DNA of 24,000 nucleotides from Hydrogenoanaerobacterium sp. (GTDB lineage Bacteria; Bacillota; Clostridia; Oscillospirales; Ruminococcaceae): NCBI RefSeq assembly GCF_032017025.1, contig NZ_DALZQO010000003.1, positions 30,208 to 54,207 of the forward strand, read 5' to 3'. Shown piece by piece: positions 7,912 to 14,603 of this stretch (position 1 is its first letter; each line of letters starts with the position of its first letter). The notes under the pieces were generated by a model. It saw only the letters and a program-made list of their open reading frames with translations, ran no database searches and was not told where the DNA came from. The position numbers and the translations under genes were made by a program.

Positions 7912-9396
7912 TTATTTGTGATACAATTTTTTGGTTTGGTACTGCGGCTCGCAGGTAAGGTTCATACCCAGCTTTTTGAACACCGAGTCATCTACCTGTG
8001 AGAGAATTACCGAGGAATGTGCCTCGCAGCCGCGTAGTTTTTCCAGCTGCTTCATGGCGAGCTCTGCAGTGGGGTTGGTTGCCGCACCCATCGAAAGGGC
8101 AATCAGCGTTTCGTCGGTATGCAGGCGGGGGTTATGGTTGCCAAGGTGGTCTACTTTAAGGTGCTGAATCGGCTCAATAATAATCGGTGAAATGAGGTGC
8201 ATATCGTGGCTGATACCGCCGAGATACTTGAGCGCGTTGAGCAGCGCCGCGGAAGAAGCCCCCAACAGTGAGGAGGTTTTTCCGGTAATAACAGTACCAT
8301 CGGGAAGCTCTATAGCTGCGGCAGGCAAGCCGGTGTCGGCGGCGCGCTTTTTGGCAAGTACGGCAACCGTACGATCGGTGGCACAAACGCCTGCCTGCTT
8401 CATCAGCAGCTCCAGCTTGTACACCGAATCGGCCTCGGCACGGCCGGTACGTTGATCGCACAGCATATGGTAGTAGCGGCGAATAATCTCTTGTTTCGAG
8501 GCTTCGCGCACCACTTCATCGTCGGTAATGCAGGAACCCACCATGTTAACGCCCATGTCGGTGGGCGATTTGTAGGGGCTCTGCCCAAGAATCTTTTCGA
8601 AAATTGCGTTGAGCACGGGGAAAATCTCGACGTCACGGTTGTAGTTGACGGTGGTTTTGCCGTAAGCCTCAAGGTGGAACGGGTCGATCATATTCACATC
8701 GTTAAGGTCGGCGGTAGCAGCCTCGTAGGCCAGATTCACCGGGTGTTTGAGCGGTAAATTCCAAATGGGGAAGGTCTCAAATTTGGAGTAGCCCGCTTTC
8801 ACGCCGCGCTTGTATTCGTGGTAAAGCTGAGAGAGACAGATTGCCATTTTACCGCTGCCGGGGCCCGGTGCGGTTACCACCACCAGCGGGCGGGTTGTTT
8901 CAATGTATTCGTTTTTGCCGTAACCCTCGTCGCTTACAATAAGCGGAATATTGGAGGGATAGCCCGAAATGGGATAGTGCAGAAATACGCGAACGCCAAG
9001 GTTTTCGAGGCGCTTTTTAAAGGCGTCTGCAGCAGGCTGCCCGGAATATTGCGAGATGACAACACTGCCTACAAACAACCCGATGTCGCGAAATGCATCA
9101 ATCAGGCGCAGAACATCTACGTCGTAGGTAATGCCGAGGTCGCCGCGTACTTTGTTTTTTTCAATATCTGCCGCACAGATTACAATCACGATTTCCGCGC
9201 TGTCCTTCATCTGCATCAGCATTTTCACCTTGCTGTCGGGTGCAAAACCCGGCAGCACGCGGGATGCGTGAAAATCATCGAACAGTTTGCCGCCAAATTC
9301 AAGATATAGCTTATTGTCAGACTGTGAAATGCGCTCCAGAATATGCTCCGATTGCATTTTCAAATATTTGTCGTTATCAAATCCAATTACTTTCAT
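7912..9396 (-). CDS. DUF1846 / UPF0371 family protein
   Basis: 494 aa. The N-terminus MKVIGFDNDKYLKMQSEHILERI...YLEFGGKLFDDFHASRVLPGF is characteristic of the UPF0371 family as I recognise it. Confidence 0.8.
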   Translation of the reverse strand: MKVIGFDNDKYLKMQSEHILERISQSDNKLYLEFGGKLFDDFHASRVLPGFAPDSKVKMLMQMKDSAEIVIVICAADIEKNKVRGDLGITYDVDVLRLIDAFRDIGLFVGSVVISQYSGQPAADAFKKRLENLGVRVFLHYPISGYPSNIPLIVSDEGYGKNEYIETTRPLVVVTAPGPGSGKMAICLSQLYHEYKRGVKAGYSKFETFPIWNLPLKHPVNLAYEAATADLNDVNMIDPFHLEAYGKTTVNYNRDVEIFPVLNAIFEKILGQSPYKSPTDMGVNMVGSCITDDEVVREASKQEIIRRYYHMLCDQRTGRAEADSVYKLELLMKQAGVCATDRTVAVLAKKRAADTGLPAAAIELPDGTVITGKTSSLLGASSAALLNALKYLGGISHDMHLISPIIIEPIQHLKVDHLGNHNPRLHTDETLIALSMGAATNPTAELAMKQLEKLRGCEAHSSVILSQVDDSVFKKLGMNLTCEPQYQTKKLYHK

Positions 9397-9433
9397 GTTT
9401 CCCTACCCTTCTATCTTTAAACATACACTCTAT

Positions 9434-9462
9434 ATTATAAGTAAGTTTCATTTTTTTTACAA
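9434..9462 (-). promoter_or_regulatory. SigA-type promoter for the DUF1846 gene
   Basis: On the minus strand: TTGTAA (9462-9457), 17-nt spacer, TATAAT (9439-9434). Lies about 35 nt upstream of the start codon. Confidence 0.55.
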
Positions 9463-9522
9463 CCGTAAATACAACTATTTTGCAAATTAGTGCATGATTG
9501 TGCGAAAAAGGTCAAAATCTGT

Positions 9523-9551
9523 TTGACACGGGAAAATTTAGTCGTTATAAT
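9523..9551 (+). promoter_or_regulatory. Consensus SigA-type promoter for the flotillin gene
   Basis: TTGACA (9523-9528), exactly 17 nt, TATAAT (9546-9551). Both hexamers match the consensus perfectly. Confidence 0.65.
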
Positions 9552-9637
9552 TTTAACCATAAGCAGCGATGCGGTGTAAGTACAGAAAATGCGGTTGCAT
9601 ACTGCCGGCATAGAATAAAGTGGGGAGGTAAGATAAT

Positions 9638-11080
9638 ATGCTAGAACTTTTACTGGATTTTTTACCGTGGATTGTTGGAGTAGTGGTGTTTTTACTGCTT
9701 CTGATGATCTGCTGGAAGCGTGTGCCTGCCGATAAGGCGATGGTGATTACCGGTTTGCGCAAGAGGGTTTTATCGGGCAAGGGCGGTATTCAAATTCCAT
9801 TTTTAGAGACCTCGTGCCAAATTTCGCTGGAGGCAATGTCGATGACCACCGATATTACCGAAGCGCCTGCAAAGGGCGGTATCTTTGTTGATATTACCGG
9901 CACTGCGGTGGTTAAGGTGGACAATAACCCCGATAAAGTGCTGATTGCCGTGGAGCAATTTTGCAACGGCAACACCGAGCGCACGACCCAAAACATTAAA
10001 GCGGTGGTCGAACAGATTCTTGAGGGTAAGCTGCGCGGCATTGTGTCTACCCTTACCGTTGAGCAGATTAATGAAGACCGTGTAGCGTTTGAGAACTCTA
10101 TTGAAGACAGCATTACTCACGAGCTGGGCGGAATGGGGTTAAAGCTGCTTTCTTATACCGTGCTCAAAATTGCGACGCAGGGCGGTTACCTTGAGAACCG
10201 TGCGATCCCGCAGATTGCGCAGTCGAAATCAGATGCCGATATTGCATCTGCAGAGCGTAAACGCGATACTGAAATCAAAACTGCCGAGGCAACCCGCGAG
10301 GGTGAAAAGGCACGCCTGAATGCACAGGCGGAGGTTGCACAAAGCGAGCGTGACAAAACCATTCGCACCGAGCAGTACCGCGCAGAGCAGGATAAGGCAA
10401 AAGCGGATGCCGACGTTTCCTATCGCCTGCAAGAAATTCAAAACAACAAAATTGTTGCGGAACAGAACATTGAGCTTGCGAAAAAAGAGGCGCTCGTAGT
10501 AGAAGAAAAACTGGTTGCAACGGTAAAGAAACCTGCCGATGCAGAAAAATACAAAACGCAGGTGGAAGCAGAGGCCAACAAAATAAAATCGATTCACGAG
10601 GCAGAGGCGCGTGCAGAAGCAATGCGCATTGAGGCAGAAGCACGCGCGGCAGCCAAAAGGGTGGAGGCACAGGCTGAGGCAGATGCCATTAAGGCGCGTG
10701 GCGAGGCAGAGGCATCCTCCATCAGAGCGAAAGGCCTTGCAGACGCAGAGGCGAAGGATAAATTGGCTGAAGCAATGAAAAAATACGGCGAAGCCGCTGT
10801 GGTTGAACTGGTTATTTCACGCCTGCCCGAAATTATGAGTGCCGTTGCCAAGCCGATGGAACAGATTGATAAGATTACCGTTATTGATAACGGCGGAAAT
10901 CAGGGGGCTTCTAAGGTGGCAAAGGTGGTCTCTGATGTAACGCTGAATGGTTTTGATGTGCTCAACGACCTTACGGGAGTGGATGTTGCGGCTTTAATGC
11001 GTAACTTCGTTGAAAAATCTAAGACCGAGGCTAAGGAAGAGGAAGCGGTACCCAACCTGCAATACACAGTTGAAGAATAA
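9638..11080 (+). CDS. Flotillin family protein (SPFH/band-7 domain, FloT/YuaG-like)
   Basis: N-terminal membrane hairpin followed by an SPFH domain. Long Glu/Ala-rich coiled-coil repeats (EAEARAEAMRIEAEARAAAKRVEAQAEADA). RBS GGGGAGG. Confidence 0.9.
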   Translation: MLELLLDFLPWIVGVVVFLLLLMICWKRVPADKAMVITGLRKRVLSGKGGIQIPFLETSCQISLEAMSMTTDITEAPAKGGIFVDITGTAVVKVDNNPDKVLIAVEQFCNGNTERTTQNIKAVVEQILEGKLRGIVSTLTVEQINEDRVAFENSIEDSITHELGGMGLKLLSYTVLKIATQGGYLENRAIPQIAQSKSDADIASAERKRDTEIKTAEATREGEKARLNAQAEVAQSERDKTIRTEQYRAEQDKAKADADVSYRLQEIQNNKIVAEQNIELAKKEALVVEEKLVATVKKPADAEKYKTQVEAEANKIKSIHEAEARAEAMRIEAEARAAAKRVEAQAEADAIKARGEAEASSIRAKGLADAEAKDKLAEAMKKYGEAAVVELVISRLPEIMSAVAKPMEQIDKITVIDNGGNQGASKVAKVVSDVTLNGFDVLNDLTGVDVAALMRNFVEKSKTEAKEEEAVPNLQYTVEE

Positions 11081-11092
11081 AAACAAATAGTG

Positions 11093-11128
11093 AGGCGCCC
11101 GACAGATAGTCGGGCGCCTTCATTTTTT
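11093..11128 (+). terminator. Rho-independent terminator of the flotillin gene
   Basis: 11-bp perfect stem AGGCGCCCGAC / GTCGGGCGCCT with loop AGATA, followed by TCATTTTTT. Confidence 0.85.
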
Positions 11129-11212
11129 ACTATAAAACAAAAACAAAATTGTCGTATTATGCAACGGTTAAGGAAAAAATATCAATGCACAAAGTTTGAT
11201 ATAAGAATTGAT

Positions 11213-11485
11213 TTACATGTGCCAATGCGTAATATTGCCGGAGAGGTTGTCAGTCTGAAATATGTTATTTTTAATTTCTCCAGAGCCACTGCGCTGAATA
11301 TCACTAAATTCCGGCGTGGAGTTCGCATCTGCTTCATAGGCAACCAGAACAATGTTTTTTCCGGTATCGTGCTGAATTTGTTTTTGAAATCGATCCAGCT
11401 CACCTGTGAGGCGCGGCGAGATTTTCGCTATTTTATAGTTGGAATCCAAATTAATCACCTCGGCATTAGTATTACCGAGTACCAA
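11213..11485 (-). CDS. Hypothetical 90-aa ORF (possible remnant of a YhcN/YlaJ-like spore lipoprotein C-terminal region; weak)
   Basis: Only a TTG start with no convincing RBS. Hydrophilic composition. Faint by-eye resemblance (GNTNAEVINLD ... KNIVLVAYEADANSTPEF) to the YhcN/YlaJ family pattern. The opposite-strand ORF runs through the flotillin terminator and is less plausible. Confidence 0.3.
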   Translation of the reverse strand: MVLGNTNAEVINLDSNYKIAKISPRLTGELDRFQKQIQHDTGKNIVLVAYEADANSTPEFSDIQRSGSGEIKNNIFQTDNLSGNITHWHM

Positions 11486-11550
11486 ATGATTAAAAGCGGT
11501 AAGTTTTTGCAGCTAAAATAGAAAAAACAGCCGAAATACCCGACGTACAG

Positions 11551-11580
11551 AAAAAGAAAACCGCCCCTAAAAAGGAGCGG
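11551..11580 (-). terminator. Rho-independent terminator after the HMA-like gene
   Basis: On the minus strand: CCGCTCC / GGGGCGG 7-bp stem (one G-U pair), loop TTTTTA, followed by TTTTCTTTTT. Confidence 0.6.
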
Positions 11581-11586
11581 GAGGTA

Positions 11587-11823
11587 TTATCTGGTATGAA
11601 TGTCGCTTGCATCTGCTGCAATCTGGTACCCCATTTTGTTCAGATAATTTTCTATTTTATCGTATGACGTGCCGGCGCTGTTATAGCGGACAGAAACCAA
11701 ATTTGTCTTAGCGTCAACAGCAGCCGATGTGACACCATGCAAGGTATCGAGTTTCGCTTTAATATCGGTTACGCTCTGGTTGCTTTTTGTACCTTTGACA
11801 ATAAAATAGGCATTTTCAATCAT
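11587..11823 (-). CDS. HMA (heavy-metal-associated, CopZ-like) fold small protein with CxxC replaced by SxxS
   Basis: 78 aa, collinear by eye with CopZ. FIVKGTKSNQSVTDIK aligns to LQVEGMSCQHCVKAVE, and the GVTSAAVD, VSVRY and GYQI blocks also align. RBS GAGGTGA lies 5 nt upstream of the ATG. Confidence 0.7.
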   Translation of the reverse strand: MIENAYFIVKGTKSNQSVTDIKAKLDTLHGVTSAAVDAKTNLVSVRYNSAGTSYDKIENYLNKMGYQIAADASDIHTR

Positions 11824-11900
11824 ACTATCACCTCAATAATAGTTTCCCCAAGATGGTGATACAGATTAAAAGCAATTTTTTGAAAATAAACTTAACCAGC

Positions 11901-12119
11901 TTAATCGTTTGGTTTACTTTGCTTTAAGCTGTCGTCATACGATACTCCCGGCTGTGGGATAGCGTAAATGTTGGTGTAAGATTCTGCTTCATCTTCGGTT
12001 GTCGGAGGTATCGGAATCAGCCCGGTGCATTCAGTGGCAGATACAACCGTATCCAAATCCCAAAAATCATCAAACAACTCATCTCGCGGCGGAATACATT
12101 GCTTATCATTATCGCTCAT
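11901..12119 (-). CDS. Small acidic hypothetical protein (72 aa)
   Basis: ATG preceded by AAGGAG at good spacing. Very acidic and Pro-rich. I recognise no family. Confidence 0.55.
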   Translation of the reverse strand: MSDNDKQCIPPRDELFDDFWDLDTVVSATECTGLIPIPPTTEDEAESYTNIYAIPQPGVSYDDSLKQSKPND

Positions 12120-12374
12120 AAGTAAACTCCTTTTCCTTTTTTATAGTGTTAGTTTAACCGTAATATCGGTTTTTAACAGGATAGGGAAAAGTTTATAGCC
12201 GTTCGTACCATTTCTTATTAGTATATTTCACTGGGCAAGCGTTTTAGCACATCATTTTAAAACAATATAAAAAACAAAGTGGACATGTGTCCTTTTTTAA
12301 GATAAAATAAACGTATAGAATAAAGGCAGAAAGCTGATAAAGGCTTCAGTGTTTTTGCCGGATGGGAGAGACCG

Positions 12375-13082
12375 ATGGGTAAACTCAGAGAAGCGGCTGC
12401 AGAGCTGCATGGTGCACAAAAAGAGGGGCTTTTCGAACTGATCAAAAACATGCCGGAACCGATTGAAGAGAAGGTAAGAATTATAAAAAAGAGCGCCGGC
12501 GACATCCTGGTTAGAATGCAGGACACAGCGAAGAACGTGTATATCCTGCTGGAGGGAGACATCAAGGCAATGAACCAGCAGGTATCGGGCGCCGTTTATG
12601 TTTTTGCAACCTTCTCCGCACCCAGCCTTTTCGGCGAATTCGAGGCCTTTTCCCAATGCAGCTACTACAGGGGAACGCTCACCTGTGTGACAAAGTGCAC
12701 ACTCGCGGTAATGCCGACCGAAGCTTATTTGAACTGGATGAGAAAGGACCACGAGGCGCTCTTTCAAAGAACACAGCAGATTACAAAACAGTTGGTAGAT
12801 CAGGCGGGCAGCGAAAGAAACTTTCTTTTCTTTACCGGAAAAGACCGTCTTGTGGCTTTTTTGATATCCTGCTATCAAAAAACACAGGTTAATGGCATGT
12901 GCCATATAAAAGTTACACGCCAGCAGATTGCAGATGAGACAGGCTTTTGTGTAAAAACGGTTCAGCGCGGCTTAAACCAGCTTAAAAGAAAAGGGATGCT
13001 GACCTTTGACCGGCGTGAGATTGTAATAAACCAAGAGCAGTACCGGCAGTTGGACGAGCTTGCTTCAGAAAAAATCAACTAA
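12375..13082 (+). CDS. Crp/Fnr family transcriptional regulator (no FNR-type cysteine cluster)
   Basis: The cNMP-binding-like beta-roll (VYILLEGDIKA ... SLFGEFEAF) is followed by a C-terminal HTH (TRQQIADETGFCVKTVQRGLNQLKRKGML). RBS GGGAGAG. Confidence 0.85.
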   Translation: MGKLREAAAELHGAQKEGLFELIKNMPEPIEEKVRIIKKSAGDILVRMQDTAKNVYILLEGDIKAMNQQVSGAVYVFATFSAPSLFGEFEAFSQCSYYRGTLTCVTKCTLAVMPTEAYLNWMRKDHEALFQRTQQITKQLVDQAGSERNFLFFTGKDRLVAFLISCYQKTQVNGMCHIKVTRQQIADETGFCVKTVQRGLNQLKRKGMLTFDRREIVINQEQYRQLDELASEKIN

Positions 13083-13102
13083 TTCAAAGGGGAGTATGCA
13101 AC

Positions 13103-14602
13103 ATGAGTAACAGAACCTACGATGTGCTTACATCAAAAAAACAAACCTACCGCCAAAAAATTATCGCTTTGGCACGCGAGGCAGAGAATTCTCTGGATGT
13201 CTTAAACCTTCCTGAAAGATTTCGCTACTACTTTGAAACACGCGCACTGTGCGACATGGGAGAAGGCAATGCCCCCTACCGCCCGCGTTACGTTATGGTT
13301 GACTTTGAGAAGTTTTTAAGGCAGGGCAGTAAATTCTTGAAAATTGACCCGCCTAAGGATTTGAACGGGGCACTGACAGCGCTGCAGATTATTTACTACC
13401 ACACACCGTCCATCACAACTATGCCGGTATACTTAGGCAACCTCGACAAGCTGATCGACCCGTTCCTTGACGGCGTAAGCGACGAGGACGCAAAAAAACA
13501 GATCAAAAACTTCTTAAACTACATAGACCGAACCGTTGCAGACGGCTACTGCCATGCAAACCTCGGCCCGGAGGCCACCCGTGCAGGCAGGCTTATCCTT
13601 GAGCTGGAGCAGGAACTGCAAAATGCCGTTCCCAACTTTACTCTCAAGTACGACCCCGAAATTACACCCGATGATTTTGCGGAGCTCGCAATCAAGTGCT
13701 CGCTTGCGTGTTCCAACCCTGCAATCTGCAACGACAAAATGAACCGAGACACATACCCCGGCGGGTATGGAATTTCCTCCTGCTACAATCTGCTTCCTAT
13801 CGGAGGCGGTGCATACACACTTTCCCGCGTGGTTATTCCGCGTCTTGCAAAGCTTTCGAAAGGGATTGACGACTTCCTTGAGAATGTACTGCCCGACGCA
13901 CTGGCTGCACTGGGTGAGTACATGAACGAACGCATTGCATTCCTTGTTGAAAAATCCGGCTACTTTGAGAGCGATTTTATGACACAGGAGGGCCTTGTTG
14001 AAAGAGAAAGATTCGTCGGCATGTATGGTGTTGCCGGCCTTTGCGACGGTGTTAACTACCTGCTGCAAGATAAGGGCCTGCGCTACGGTCACGATGAGGA
14101 AGCAAACCTGCTCGCTGAAAAGATTCTGACAATTATTGATAGTACGGTAAAAGAACTGCCCGCAAAGTACTCTGAAATTGCAGGCGGACACTTTATGCTT
14201 CATGCGCAGGCAGGGCTTTCCGACGATGTCGGTGTAACCTCCGGTGTGAGAATTGTTGTGGGTGACGAGCCGGAAAACATCCTCGACCACCTGCGCCACT
14301 CCACCCGTTACCACCGTTTCTTCCCCACAGGCTGCAGCGATATCTTCCCGTTTGATACAACCGCAAGCAGAAACCCCGCTGCCGTTCTTGATATTGTGAA
14401 AGGCGCGTTTAAGCTGGGTGACCGTTACTGCGCATTCTATGGTTCGGACAGCGACCTTGTCCGCATTACAGGTTACCTTGTAAAGCGCAGTGAGCTTCAA
14501 AAGTACGACAGCGGAGAAGTTGTTCTCCACGATACGGTTCAAAACGGCAGTGCAAACTACAAGCTGAACCGTCTTAACGAAAGAAAGGTAAGGAACGTAT
14601 AA
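13103..14602 (+). CDS. yjjI: YjjI-family glycyl radical enzyme (function unknown)
   Basis: 499 aa with the C-terminal glycyl-radical fingerprint DLVRITGYLV (Gly457, nt 14471-14473). Immediately followed by a dedicated activase. Size and pairing match the E. coli YjjI/YjjW type. RBS AGGGGAG. Confidence 0.85.
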   Translation: MSNRTYDVLTSKKQTYRQKIIALAREAENSLDVLNLPERFRYYFETRALCDMGEGNAPYRPRYVMVDFEKFLRQGSKFLKIDPPKDLNGALTALQIIYYHTPSITTMPVYLGNLDKLIDPFLDGVSDEDAKKQIKNFLNYIDRTVADGYCHANLGPEATRAGRLILELEQELQNAVPNFTLKYDPEITPDDFAELAIKCSLACSNPAICNDKMNRDTYPGGYGISSCYNLLPIGGGAYTLSRVVIPRLAKLSKGIDDFLENVLPDALAALGEYMNERIAFLVEKSGYFESDFMTQEGLVERERFVGMYGVAGLCDGVNYLLQDKGLRYGHDEEANLLAEKILTIIDSTVKELPAKYSEIAGGHFMLHAQAGLSDDVGVTSGVRIVVGDEPENILDHLRHSTRYHRFFPTGCSDIFPFDTTASRNPAAVLDIVKGAFKLGDRYCAFYGSDSDLVRITGYLVKRSELQKYDSGEVVLHDTVQNGSANYKLNRLNERKVRNV

Positions 14603-14603
14603 A

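Noticed and set aside
10590-10760. Repetitive GAGGCAGA/GCAGAAGC-type nucleotide periodicity
   Set aside because: This is the coding sequence of the Glu/Ala-rich coiled-coil repeats of flotillin. It is not a CRISPR array or a non-coding tandem repeat.
11090-11521. 143-aa plus-strand ORF in the AT-rich islet
   Set aside because: It starts inside the flotillin terminator hairpin, has no RBS and has an implausible basic, low-complexity N-terminus. The minus-strand reading is somewhat more protein-like, though it is itself weak.
12281-12298. GGACATGTGTCC followed by T6, read as a Rho-independent terminator
   Set aside because: Only a 4-5 bp stem is possible once a viable loop is allowed, and no upstream plus-strand gene ends there. 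I kept it only as a possible DNA operator (see findings).
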